64,000 nt of DNA, from positions 51,088,001-51,152,000 of the forward strand of contig OX638155.1 in assembly GCA_951804945.1 (NCBI GenBank), in the 5' to 3' direction. How positions within the stretch are numbered: position 1 is the stretch's first letter; every line of letters begins with the position of its first letter. The stretch comes from Podarcis cretensis. Lineage: Eukaryota. Positions 26,601-40,073 of this stretch are shown piece after piece. The position numbers and the translations under genes are program-made. The notes beneath the pieces were generated by a model. It made no database searches. It saw only the letters and a program-made list of their open reading frames with translations, and was not told where the DNA came from.

Positions 26601-27549
26601 ACACAGAGTGCTGAGAAGCCAGGGTCCTCCTTCCATCAGGCTGTGGTACAGGATGGAAGAAAAGGGATGCAGGACCATTTCATCAGCACAGCTGAGACCA
26701 GCACATTTGGCTCTTATTCTCTTCGAACTGTCTCCCTACCAGCTGCTCCTCAGAAGAGCTTGTAACTAAGAACCACTACCTCAGTGTGCTTTTTCTTCCT
26801 CCCTCCTAATCTATTTTCCTTTTGTGTCATGCCTTTTAGACTGCAAGGCTGAGGGCAGGGTCTGATTTGTTTGTATTGATCTGTAAACCAGGATTTTTTT
26901 CAGCTCACGAGCAGGGTAGAAAAAATCAAAATAAAATAATATAAAAGCATGAAATGCTGGTTAAAACTCCTAACAGCTGCCATGAAAACACTGTCTACAC
27001 ATATAAAGAAGATGTGGTAGCTTGAATGACAAAGGTACCAAAGCCTCAAATCAGCACTTTGGCTGCCCATGGAGAGGAACTAGAACTTGTACCCAGAGTT
27101 CCTATTTCCTCACATGAAAGCATTCATTGCTCCTGTGGAATATTCTCCCACCCATATGTGGAGTTTCTCTGCTGCAGGTAAAGGGCTTGGTATGTCACAG
27201 AATGCTGTTGACAGCATCTCAAGCTTTTTTGGGTTTTGGGGTAACACTCAGTTCCCAAGCCCATTTACCGTGTTAGCTTGAGAAAGAACATAGTTAGCTT
27301 TTGAAGCATAGGGCCTTCATTTCTGTGTTTCAAAATTTTCGCTTGAAGTGGCCTCTAAACATAAAATTGGCCTTAAGTATAGTATACAAATGGCTTCAGC
27401 AAGACCTTAAAAATACCTGACTGTGTACATGAGGCTGTGTATTTCTTCTGCATGACATAGCTCTCTAGAACTGTGGCCTTAGAGTTTTAATGGAACTTTG
27501 CCAAAACAAAACTGCTTTAATCAGTTTTATTGATCTTGTTCAGATATCA

Positions 27550-27885
27550 CACTAAAACCATAGTTTAACATAACAAGGACAAGCTGCAGCAAGATTCAAC
27601 CTTGCATGCTCACACTTTGGCATGACCACAAGGAGGAGTTGTTTTTGCTTAACCACAGCTTATCATACTGTTTGAACCCAATGAACTGTGGTTAATGCTA
27701 ACAATAGTTTGTTTGAAACAAGCCAACTTCAAATCATGGATTATGAAGCTGGCTTATTGAAAACAAACCACTGTTAGCATTAACCACTTTCTGAACTCCG
27801 TGGGGACCTGCCAGAGGAGGTATGAATATGTTAGTCCAGGTTTGTGGCTCACTCTCATAATGTTCAACTATGGTTTAACATAATG
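27550..27885. repeat. Palindromic element (~330 bp)
   Basis: Central hairpin GTGGTTAATGCTAACA...TGTTAGCATTAACCAC (27688-27787), with outer arms AAACCATAGTT and AACTATGGTTT. Confidence 0.7.
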
Positions 27886-28226
27886 TCCGAATGTGCCATT
27901 GTGAGCTGTTTGGCAGTCCACTTCATCCAGAGGTTCTATTGCTGCAAGTGAATTTAGGGTCACAGCCTAATGGGCTGATTCACATACTACATTTTTTGCA
28001 GATACAGAATATTATTGTGTTTGCATACATAAAAAGAGATATGAAACTGCAATTCACAAATCCCTTTAAACAGCATCTCACCAGAAGGGCAGCTGACTGT
28101 GGGTATATAAGATCTATGGCTGCAGTCATATGACCGAAGACAAATAACTTGAGGTACATCTGCAAATGGATATTTTGTACTTCTGTACACATATTCTTAT
28201 AGTTCCATTAGTTATTATGTACATAC

Positions 28227-28316
28227 CATTAGGATTCCACTGGTCTTCTCCTCCCAATACGAACAAGAAATTTTCTACTTCCACAACACAATGGTGGGCA
28301 CTATTATACGGCATAA
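28227..28316 (-). CDS. KLHL14: KLHL14 coding exon (90 bp), MPYNSAHHCVVEVENFLFVLGGEDQWNPN
   Basis: Kelch repeat (LGG motif) in ORF 28126..28326. Acceptor ttcacag, donor gtatgt. Confidence 0.95.
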
Positions 28317-31300
28317 CTGTGAACAAAACAGGTATTCTTTATCAAGCTCCATTTCATACAATGGCTGCTTTGAGACATTTACTTCAGGAAAGCTCCAAAC
28401 CATAAATGCAGACATAATATAAGTATGCTTCAGTTCTAGTACATATGTCAAGTAAACTAAAAGTATCCCATCTTTATGATATCCCTGGAAAAATAGCCAG
28501 AGTAAATCACCACCAATTTCTTTCCCTTGTATCTGCTTGCTGTCATGTTTTGGTGCTCCAGGCGCACTATCCCGAACTGGGCTATGATGTGCTGATCTCT
28601 TCAGCATCAACACTTGTAGCTGAATCCCAGCAAACACAGGTATACATGGGATCTTAAGACTACACAGCCCAGGGTCTGTTTTAACAGCTGCTAGTGTGAT
28701 TTATGATACACAGAAGCTGTCATAACAGCTCCTCCAGGCTTGCAGTTCCTGAGGGGGCACCGAATGTGACTTCACAAGCCTGTCACAGTTGTGTCGTCAG
28801 CTATTGCACAACCTGTGGGCTGAGTAGTCTTCAAGACCCCAGGTATGCTGTAGTTGAAGGGGCCAATAATATACTTTGTAGCAAGTTTGCAACTTTTTAA
28901 GAAATGAAAGAGACATGGCTAAACCTGCAATTGTCAGCTGTGTCCTGCAAGTACCATGTACCGTAAATAACAAGAAGATTAAATAAAAGCAGCACTGCAA
29001 AAAAAAAACAAAAAAACAAACAAACAAACAAACAAAGAAAACACCCTCCACAAGCTTAGTTCTGTTGGCAACATTTCCATAAGAAGAGTCAAAGTATTCA
29101 GCAGCTTTCTCTTACACAGCAATGAGCAAGCTGCATTTCCATACAGTTTTAAGTTTTTAAATTAAGGTCCTGCTGATTTAATGCCTTCTCCAAATGTATA
29201 CGCTTAATTTCCTGTACAATGTCATTAGCAGCACAATCAGACATTTTCCATCCATCTAATCAGGGAGCCCTTTGTTGAAAGATCAAAACTGTTTTACCAT
29301 AGTTGCAACATCCTTTTTTTTTTTTTTTTGGATGGGATTATTTTGAGGGGATGGGAGGGGAGAGGCACGCAGGAAATCTTTTTTTCCTGTTTCATTCCCC
29401 TCCCCTTCCCAAGGCTAGAGCTGTAAAACAAAAATATGCAATTTTAATGCCATAATATGTATTGCTCTGTGGAATGCAACACTATCAAAAATCATATGTT
29501 GAAATGCATACTTACACAGGTTTAGCTATCATACTACATGCAGTAGTTCTGGCCCGGTGTCACCAGTAGGAAAAATAATGTCCTTGTTCAGCTCATCATA
29601 TGGGCACCTTAAATCTAGGTGAGGACAAATGGGGAGGTGATGTGCATGTACAGGCAGGGAACTTATTGCTTGAAACGGATCAACAGAGCACTTAGGAAAC
29701 CAGTGCAGTGGGAAATCAATATGACTCAGGGCCAGCTTTTACTTTGTGCTCTTTTGCCAGTGCCAAAAAAAGAGGCAGCCTATCTCACACTTGGATTATT
29801 TTGGGTGATATATCTCTCATTTCATTTGTTTTATTATCTTTTATTTTTCTCAATGCACTCAAAGCCGTATAGCATATGCAAATAACAATAAGAAATATGT
29901 GCAGCTTTCTTGTTGAAGACACATTTTCTTAAAGATCAAGTAGTCTCGTTTAAGCTTCTTACTGATTTTTATTTTATTTTATTTTATTATTTTATTTTAT
30001 TTATTTTGCCTATGCAATGGTGAATAAGCAAGGTGCAAATTTAGCTTCCAGTAAAGGTCAAACATCATTTTCATAGTCTGTGGTTGTACAGCTGCCTAAG
30101 CAAAAGCAATTGTTAGGCAGCTAGGCTAGTGAAAATGCATTAATTAATGTTACTTATTGCTGGTAGATCTTATACAGCCATTAAGCAGCCAGACATAGAC
30201 ACTGTTAATTTTCAAATTACTTACACAATTGTTCCAAGTAAGTCAATGAGATATTTTGGAAGATGAAGCTTAAGAACTATAGCTTTGGAAAATGTATTGA
30301 TAGGTAGAATGGCTTAATGTCATGTGTAGATTTATATTCGTATTAGTTCACAACACTCAGTATGTTAATTTATAACTCAGAGGCAAGTCTGAGATTTGAG
30401 CCCACAGGTAAGCTTTCTTCTGCAAGTTAAATGTAATGCCATCATTCCATGCATTACTAAAACCCTCTCCCTTAAGAGGAGGCCTGAGCAACTTGTGAGC
30501 AGTCCACTGGAAACAAGGCCATGATACACAGGTGGTGATCTGTGCTTGTTTTCTGCCTCACAAGTTGTGGAATCTTCAGATCACATGAAATCATGAAAAG
30601 CAAGTTCTGCCTCTTTTTTAACTCATGACAAAATACTCACTCAAAATAGATCTGGAGACCCTTCATATTTACTCCAAAGATACTAAGAGCGGATCTGAGG
30701 CTCCTTTCCTGTTACATTGCAGCACCTTTCAATTGCATACCCAGAAGCATGGGGGAACCACTTCATAGTACAGCGATGCCAAATTGTAGAAGTTGGGCAG
30801 GGTGGTGACGTGAATAATTGTTTGCTTCCCCACAGGTTGCCAGTTCCATGTGAAATATTCATGTGATCACCCCCGCCCATGTTCTTATGTTATTTTATTT
30901 ATACTGCTCTTCAAATAAGCACTTCCTGGTTGGATTAAGGCAGGTCGCATGCGCACCCCATGCAGAATGCATCTGAATCATGTAGAAATGATTTCCTTGC
31001 CATTGGGCATGCTTCTTAGCATGTAATGTACTAAGGCAGCAAAACTTCTTTAAACATGATTTTCAGAGCTAAGTGGCAACACATATGGACAATAGTACTC
31101 TGTTTGTTTGATGCCATGTGTAAAAATGGTAGAATATCTGACTTGTAAAATTACCGGTATTATGATCACTCCAATGACACAAATGAAAGTTGCAATGGAA
31201 TAAGCAGAAATAAAAGTTCTAAAACGTCACTCAGGTTAAAAAAACAACAACGCTCTGGTTCCAAAATGTAACTTATAAAAGAGCATGTTACAATTCAGAG

Positions 31301-31744
31301 AACTACATTACTGGCTCTGTTGGGAGTATGTATTTTTCAGACAGAAGCTGTCGCCGTCCCCCAAAATGTAAAGGTTCCACTAGGCACATGTGAGCCCTTG
31401 GGCACACCGACAATAACTTTCTGTAAGATATGACACATTTCTGCATTCTGAAGGAAGCAACCACACTTTTTACATTGCCCCTCATCCCCCCTGCCCCAGG
31501 ATGCCTTTTAGACCAACTTATTACATTCACTAAGAATTCATGGGTGTAAATAATGCAAAGCATGGGCCAATGTGTAGTCCACTGATGCAGACAGCTGCTC
31601 TTATTAATTGCACACTGTCCTCTGCTTTGCTGATTTATTTTAATATGAGTCTCAGATTCCCTCATCTTTACATTTCATTTCATCTCAGGTGAGTACCTCT
31701 CTTCCCCTCCAAAAAAGGTATTGGAAAAGAAGTTTGTACGCCAC

Positions 31745-32060
31745 NNNNNNNNNNNNNNNNNNNNNNNNNNNNNNNNNNNNNNNNNNNNNNNNNNNNNNNN
31801 NNNNNNNNNNNNNNNNNNNNNNNNNNNNNNNNNNNNNNNNNNNNNNNNNNNNNNNNNNNNNNNNNNNNNNNNNNNNNNNNNNNNNNNNNNNNNNNNNNNN
31901 NNNNNNNNAGACNNNNNNNNNNNNNNNNNNNNNNNNNNNNNNNNNNNNNNNNNNNNNNNNNNNNNNNNNNNNNNNNNNNNNNNNNNNNNNNNNNNNNNNN
32001 NNNNNNNNNNNNNNNNNNNNNNNNNNNNNNNNNNNNNNNNNNNNNNNNNNNNNNNNNNNN
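31745..32060. other. Assembly gap (N run with a 4-base AGAC island at 31909-31912)
   Basis: Ns in the sequence. Confidence 0.99.
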
Positions 32061-35000
32061 TAGAGGCACTTTCAAAAGAGGTTAAAAAATCTAATAACAT
32101 GTGTTTATAAAGCTCTCTGCAAGAACTCTCAGCTTTATTAAACAAACTAGTGGAGTTAAATGAAAGGAGAAAACACCAATAAATAAGAGGAAAAAATTGA
32201 CATCTGAAACAAGACCCAAGGTCCTAGAAATAAACTGCACCTATATAGACATTTCGGAGAGGACACGCACAAACCAACAGCTTCTCTTCTGGCCTACCTT
32301 CTCCCCCAAATGTTAAGGTCCCAAGATAATGAGAAAGCAGAGTTGTAGTACAGATCACTTCTTTAAAATTTCAAAAGAAATCTGGTCCACTTAATTTGTG
32401 GAGCAGAACCCTATTCTCAGTGGGGCGCGGGGGCGGGGGGGGCGGGGAGTTCGTTTCCTTCAGTATCTGTGTTTCTGCATTCTAGTATGTAGATTGTTTG
32501 GATTGAACTTGTACAAGTATTTGGTTGTGCATCAGCAGCAGCCAGTTTGGGAAAGGATTTATTTTGCCAAAATCAGGCAAGGCAAAAGCAAAGAGAGACT
32601 TCCCCATTTCCTGACAGAGAATGAGTGATATCTTCTCTCTCATTGTGCACACCCATTCACTTCCAGTTCTGCCCTTCACCACATCTGTCCCCACACTTTA
32701 CTATGCTTGCACAATATTTGAATTCCTTTTCTTCGTCTGATGCTGTGTCTTGTAAGATTGTGTCATTGGTCTTAACTAGCATGTTTCCACCAACCAGAAA
32801 ACACACAGTTCCCAGAAAACATCTTGAAAACACAACAGGTTCCATAGGCCTGAATGGCAGGTATATATTTCTAAACAAACAGTGGGCACAAGCCAGGGCT
32901 CCAGTTTCTCAAATGTTTATGGGTGCCCATCTTTCCTTCACATCATACATACCTCAGCAAACCGAAACCACACATAAAGTTTGAGACAGATCTAAGTCAG
33001 CAATGTATCACCAGGAGAGGCTGTGCAGGCACTAAAAAAGCCTCCCACTGTTTTAAAATAATTCTATAACCCCTTCCTCAAATCTGCTCATAATTATTCA
33101 AAAATTAGCACTTGCCAATAAATTTCAGCATAACAGCTGTCTGGAAGATGTTCACTTTGAATGCAAACACATTCATTCTTTGTAATGAATTACTAACTAC
33201 CCAAAACACAGTAGATTTCTGGTCACAAATATCTGGGTTGGAGAGAAGTGCTTCAGATGGAAGAGCACCAAATGAAGATAAGTGGACAATGAATACTTTT
33301 GTGTTACTGGATGAACTGAAAATCTACTTTGATTTTTAAAATGCTTGTGAGGTCTGCTTTGCCAGAGATACAGTCACAGAGACAGAAATCACTTGGAGCA
33401 ATTCAACAGTAATGTTACACATAGGTGTTAAGTTCTAATGGAGACAGACATACTGTACAGGGTTCTTTAAAAACTGTATCAACCAATTCAATACCTATCT
33501 ACTATAAATTTTTATTTTTTTTTAAACTTTGTAAGTCCCTTTGAGACAATTTTGTGAAAAAGTGACAAATTAATATAAAGAAATAAATACTTATAAGTAA
33601 GGTTTCCTGTGTTCAATGGGACTTACTACCAGGTATGTGGGTATAAGATTGCAACTTCAGTCTGTCAAGTTAGCAATGATGACTGCAGTATCTGTCTCTT
33701 TTTAAAAACCAGTCACATACTCATCCTTTACAATTCTAGATGGAGTCACTAGATGGTGTTCATAGCTGCCTGCCCTTCTGTGCCCCACCTCAAGATGCTT
33801 TGAATTATTATATTAATCAGAATTTGCAGCCAACCACAAACAAAGAAGTGAATTGTAACATGAATAGCATAGCTAGTTTTCTCTCCAGCAGTTAATTTCT
33901 GTTTGTGTATCCAGTTCGAAGGAAAGAAATCAAATGTGGTGTACAGAAAACAAATGCATTTGGTGTCAATCCTGACAAGTGCTGAGTTCCTACAACTCTC
34001 ACTGATTGTGACAGATTTGGCACAAAATGTGCCTTGTGTTTTCTTGTCTGAGTTCCCCAAATCCAAACTGAATGAGAAGCAGTCCATGATTCCACTGGCA
34101 GTCCAAAATATAATTTCCTACTCCATACTTCAGTCCTGGTAAAATAATTGCTTCTGTTTATTGTTTCATGGCTGCTTTGTGGCTGTGTCTCTGTAGCTCC
34201 ACCATGAGTTCGCCACATTTCCCCCCTGTAAAGTTTGAAAGCTGTTTTCTCATAGTTGTGCTCCATGCTACAGAGGATCATCTGGCCTCAACCAGAAGCC
34301 AGGCATTTAGTGTTACTGTGGGACACTCTTCCAGCAGCGATTCAGCAAGCATCCTCACTTTTTGACTTTCAAGCATCTCTTGAATACTTTTTTATGCCAA
34401 CAAGCCTATGCAATTATTTAAAATCTCTTTGAGGAGCCAATCTTCCCTCCATTGTCATTCTGGCCTCAGCTCTCCCCAAGGCAGCTGCTGGAGCCTCCCA
34501 CTCCCTGTTGCAGACCTTCTTAGCTCTCATGTCAAATGATTTGTGCTTCCAGTTGCCATTCTTCATCAGTTGCCATACTTTGCTTCTTGCTCCCTCTATG
34601 CTTCCTTCTGTCTTCAGGGCCACTTTTTAGACCCTTGGCAATCCTCTTCAGCCTACCAAAACTTGTCCAAACAGAGCTAAACCTAGTCTTATACTTTCTT
34701 TGGTCATGATCCTCAAGCCAATCAATTTGTTTCTGATGGAATTACAAAGCCCATTTGCCTATAAATAAGGACAAAGAGATTTGAATGCAATATCCACTAA
34801 CTGACCAATCATAAACCAATCAGTTCTGAATGCCACTGCTGTTAGCATAAAAGGTGAAACGCAGCCAGCAATAGGAAGCTGCTGTGACAGTTTAAATGTC
34901 AATTGACTAACAGACCTTGTATAACTTTGTATATTCTCTCTGCTTCTAGCCAGCAGTTAGAGACAAAACTTCCTGACAGTTAGCCATTTACAACCCAATA

Positions 35001-35291
35001 AGTGTTTAAATTGTTAAAACATGTTTAGTTTACCACACAACAATATAGGTTCTCCACACTGTAGGAGCTTCTGCCACCATAGTGCTTTTGAAAGCAACTG
35101 TTCATGAGATAAAAGCAGGTGATACAGTATTTGGATTCAACAGGATGTGATACAGGATTGCTGAATGGTAGCTTAAGTACAGCTCTAATAGCCTGTGTAG
35201 ATTTGGAGGCTGGTGGAATGCTAAATCAATAGACTTGGTCTTTGGTCTGGCAAAGCATTCAGAATTTGCTAACACTGGGTATCTGTCTCTG

Positions 35292-35563
35292 GTTGTTGTT
35301 GTTTAGTCATTTAGTCATGTCCGACTCTTCATGACCCCATGGACCAGAACACGCCAGGCACTCCATTGCCTCCTGCAGCTTGGTCAAACACACATTTGTA
35401 GCTTCGAGAACACTGTCCAGCCATCTCTCCTCTGTCATCCCCTTCTCCTTGTGCCCTCAATCTTTCCCAACATCAGGGTCTTTACCAGGGAGTCTTCTCT
35501 TCTCATTAGGTGACCAAAGTATTGGATCCTCAGCTTCAGGATCTGTCCTTCCAGTGAGCACTC
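35292..35563 (-). mobile_element. RTE-BovB 3' fragment
   Basis: Reverse complement of the 3' half of the 38737 copy, (CAA)n tail, candidate TSD TCTCTG. Confidence 0.85.
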
Positions 35564-36845
35564 TCTGATTACCAGATGCTGAATGGAAATCTACCAAAAA
35601 CTGAATATGTATTACTTTGTTGATTGACTCCTCAATTTCATGGATTAGAGTTTCCCCAGATTACATGGATGTGTTGCAGCAATCAATTACCGGTAAATGT
35701 GGAGGATGTCTTCAGTACAGCAATGTACTTTAAGTTCATTGGTCCTTCTTTGGTAATTTTCTTTGTTGCTCCAGATACATCTGATATCGGAAACAAGAGA
35801 AAACTTATGTGCCTGTAGACTTGACACCTTAACACTGGAGGATAATATCTGACATCAGAGCTTCTGAGAATTCCATCTTCAAGTATTCTATAACTGCCAC
35901 CTTGGCTATAGCATGATTTTGATTCACACCAGAGCAATAGAAGAAGGCAGAAACTGAAACATCTTGCTATAAAAGAGTAATCTGTTTTATTAAGTAAATT
36001 TATTTATTTACTTAACAAGGTTCATATATCTTTTATCACAAAAACCTCGAAGAAGATAATATACAACTATAAATAAATAGCTATGTGAAAATACCAATAA
36101 ATATTGAACACAAATATAAAATAAACCTGTGCACGCTATCTGTGACAGTTCCTTGCAAATAATTCCCTATATCCCTAGAAGTGTTACATAATAATTTTAG
36201 CAATTATCACCAATTTTGTGCCCATTTAACATAGATTTAAACTCTGATTCTCACTGATTGTAATGACTGCATTTCATTACCATTCAACTCCCACCTTACA
36301 ATTTTCTCCTTTATATACCTACCTACTAAGAATTCACTTCACGCATCTAACAACGTGGGTTTGGGTCCTCGAAAATGTGTGTTATAATGCATTTATGACA
36401 TAAATTTAAGGTGCCACAAGACACATTGATTGTTTTTACTGCAAGAGATTGGCATGCTATCCCTCTGGATTTATTTTTTAAAGTGAGATAGTGATGACTT
36501 ACAAAAATGCTACCCCATACATAATGTATTTCCAATCTTGCATCCTGTGCAGTTTGCTTCTCAAAAGAATATGGTTCCCAAGTTTATTTATGGCAGGAAT
36601 TCCTACCTTTAACTGCAGTATGACAAGCAGAAATTCAACAGGTGACAATTTCCGCTTCATTGCACTTCCATGCTCAGAAATGTTTCTCTGGTACAATTTT
36701 TCCCTGTCATGCAGCTATTAAAGACTCAAGAGCCCTGCCAGAAAAAGATAGCAATCCCAGGTGGCTGCTATGGTATTTACATTATGCTGGAAATTCCTCA
36801 ACAGGAAACAGCAAAATATAGTTTGTTATACTACTACTAACTAAA

Positions 36846-37207
36846 GGGACGCAGGTGGCGCTGTGGGTTAAAGCCTCAGCGCCTAGGACTTGCCGATCGA
36901 AAGGTTGGCGGTTCGAATCCCTGCGGCAGGGTGCGCTCCCGCTGCTCGGTCCCAGCGCCTGCCAACCTAGCAATTCGAAAGCACCTCCGGGTGCAAGTAG
37001 ATAAATAGGGACCACTTACCAGCGGGAAGGTAAACGGCGTTTCCGTGTGCGGCTCTGGCTCGCCAGAGCAGCGATGTCACGTTGGCCACGTGACCCGGAA
37101 GTGTCTCCGGACAGCGCTGGCCCCTGGCCTCTTAAGTGAGATGGGCGCACAACCCCAGAGTCTGTCAAGACTGGCCCGTATGGGCAGGGGTACCTTTACC
37201 TTTACCT
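36846..37207 (+). mobile_element. Sauria SINE, full length
   Basis: tRNA-like head with A/B boxes, (ACCTTT)n tail, TSD TACTAACTAAA (36835-36845 and 37208-37218). Confidence 0.92.
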
Positions 37208-37215
37208 TACTAACT

Positions 37216-37577
37216 AAAGGTAAAGGTACCCCTGCCCGTACGGGCCAGTCATGTCCAACTCTAGGGTTGTGCGCCCATCTCACTTAAGAGGCCGGGGGCC
37301 AGCGCTGTCTGGAGACACTTCCGGGTCACGTGGCCAGCGTGACGAAGCTGCTCTGGCGAGCCAGACCAGCGCTGCACACGGAAACGCCATTTACCTTCCC
37401 GCTATAAAGCGGTATCTATTTATCTACTTGCACTTAGGAGTGCTTTCGAACTACTAGGTGGGCAGAAGCTGGGACCGAAAGACGGGAGCTCACCCCGCCG
37501 CGGGGATTCGAACCACCGACCATACGATCGGCAAGTCCTAGGCACTGAGGTTTTACCCACAGAGCCACCCCCGTCCC
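37216..37577 (-). mobile_element. Sauria SINE, full length, opposite orientation
   Basis: AAAGGTAAAGGT tail, GGATTCGAACC (reverse B box), TSD CTACTACTAACTA (36831-36843 and 37578-37590). Confidence 0.92.
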
Positions 37578-38736
37578 CTACTACTAACTACTCCTCCGGA
37601 TATACTCCTCTATATGCCGATTTTTCTCGCTTAGCTTTATCAGCCCATTTGCAGCTAGGATATCACCTAGTTTTGACCTAGTTTTGCATCAATCCTTTCA
37701 GCAGTTTAACTTGCCTTCCCAGCACTGAATCACTGACTCATTTTCTTACATTATACTGTACTAGATTTGTTCACTGGCTTTGACTCACTCTTGGTCATTT
37801 CTCCACAATGATCCTGGCCACAATCTTTTAAGGTAAAACTAGACAGCAGCAGATAAGTGTTTCATTCGTTTGGTCTGTATGAAGCCTTATTCTACATTAG
37901 TCCCATTACATGTTCACTGAACACATGAGAGTTGAGTGAGATCATGCCAGTAAGCCATGATCCTGGTGGTGTATGCTCAGCTTCAGTGAGAACAGCCCTT
38001 ATGCATGTAGGGTGAACATGTATAGGACTTCTCCATATAAAGAGAAATCCTCAGCCAATCAGGATTCCCTTTATGTAGAGGAGTCCCTACAAGGATTTCA
38101 GATATGGTATTATAAGGAAGAAACAACTGTAATTACCAAGATGTGTTAAATCTCTGTACACATATCACTCTATTCTGTACCACCCTATTCTGCCTTGGTA
38201 TTCCACACCTGGAATACTAAAATGTCAAATCTATCCACAGAAAATGGGCAGTTTTCTGATTTCACGAAGAGCAATTTTTAAAGAATATCTTGAACTTTAG
38301 AGTTTTTGAGGTGTAAAGGTGACTTTTATTTGCATGTGCTAGAAAGCATGCAGAGATTCTGTTAAGGAACACAGAAAGCTGGGAAAATCAGAAAGAAATG
38401 AAGCTACAAGATGACCAAAGGCTGAGCATTATGACGTAAGTGCTAAATAGGTGCACTGTAACAGGGTACACAGAAGATATTGAACAAGTGAAACAGCCCA
38501 TAACAAAAACTGCATTAGTTTGAGTTTGGAGTATCTTCATCTGCTCTTGGATATATCCAGGGAATAACTGAGGGTAGAAGAGTGCTGCTGACATCATGTC
38601 TTACCTATCTAGCAACCATGTGACTCCCAAGTCTCTGCTACCATCTTGCAATGCTCTCCAAGAAGGACACCTGGTTCTAATTCCCCATTCAGTTCCTGCC
38701 AATGAATTTGCTCATAAATAAGCACACTAGCCTTCA

Positions 38737-39231
38737 GCATCCTAAAAAGCAGAGACATCACTTTGCCAGCAAAGGCCCGTATAGTTAAAGCTATGGTTTT
38801 CCCAGTAGTGATGTATGGAAGTGAGAGCGGGACCATAAAGAAGGCTGATTGCCGAAGAATTGATGCTTTTGAGTTATGGTGCTGGAGGAGACTCTTGAGA
38901 GTCCCATGGACTGCAAGAAGATCATACCTATCCATTCTTAAGGAAATGAGCCCTGAGTGCTCACTGGAAGGACAGATACTGAAGCTGAGGCTCCAATACT
39001 TTGGCCACCTCATGAGAAGAGAAGACTCCCTGGAAAAGACCCTGATGTTGGGAAAGATTGAGGGCACAAGGAGAAGGGGATGACAGAGGACGAGATGGTT
39101 GGACAGTGTTCTTGAAGCTACCAGCATGAGTTTGACCAAATTGCGGGAGGCAGTGGAAGACAGGAGTGCCTGGTGTCCATGGGGTCACAAAGAGTCAGAC
39201 ACGACTAAATGACTAAACAACAACAATAACA
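38737..39231 (+). mobile_element. RTE-BovB LINE, 5'-truncated 3' end
   Basis: ORF 38763..39083 (KAMVFPVVMYGSES..IKKA..RRIDAFELWCWRRLLRVPWTARRS...LQYFGHLMRR) is the BovB ORF C-terminus. (CAA)n tail, TSD AGCCTTCA (38729-38736 and 39232-39239). Confidence 0.93.
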
Positions 39232-40073
39232 AGCCTTCAATTTGACCTAGCAGCATAGGCCATTCCATTACTCTAGTAATTGCTTTGTTGTGTGTACTGC
39301 AAATGAACAGAGTTTTCCAAACAAGGAAAGACAGTTTGCCTCTTCCTTTCCTGAAAAAAGCAATGAGAGGAAATGGTCACAGAAAATTAACACAGCGCAT
39401 ATATCTTGGGAAGTTTTGTTCGTGCAAGAAAATCAGAACATGAGGAAACCCCAATCCAAGATATTAAAACATGTTCAGTTAAATAACAGAGGTATAAAAA
39501 CAGCATCCAATAATATTATCAACTAACAAAACACATTTAGGGAAAGCTCTGATTGTTATTGAAAGATATTTCAAATGGGAAACATAAAATTTCAATCACA
39601 AATGCCACTGGTGTAGTGACAATCTGCTGGATTTCCATTCTTCCTTAGAACTTTTCTCTCTCATTCTTAGATATGCAGCCATGCATCATTAATAGGAATG
39701 CAGCCATACATCATGCTTGCCACAGGCATTGTATAACTAAACTCCACCATAACACACACGCTCTTGCTGCCCTCTTTTCTTTCAGAAACATCCCCTGCCA
39801 TTTTTATGTGAAATGTAAGCCCATGAGTTTTTGAAAATTGGCTTGATTTTCTAATCAATCTTACATTTGCACTTTTATTGTAATTTGATCCCTTCATCTA
39901 ATTTTAGCTATATTTGTCTTTTGGCTTTCTGGTTTGTTGGACCAGGTTAAAAGGAACGCAAGGCAGACTTGGCGTCCTCAATAAAGGATGGTGAGAAAGA
40001 ATGGGGGCTAATCAGGCTCTATGCTTCTGTCTCTTTTTTGTACTTTTATTTATTTTATCAATATTTTATTCCA

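Noticed and set aside
31675-32145. Long ORFs containing X (also at 48580 and 48948)
   Set aside because: They are artefacts of N runs.
32419-32448. G-quadruplex-like G run
   Set aside because: An isolated low-complexity tract with no supporting context.
33750-34700. Possible L1 ORF1-like remnant on the minus strand (SRKLYFGLP)
   Set aside because: The motif similarity is too weak to support without a search.
38609-39139. 176-aa minus-strand ORF
   Set aside because: It is the antisense reading of the BovB fragment.
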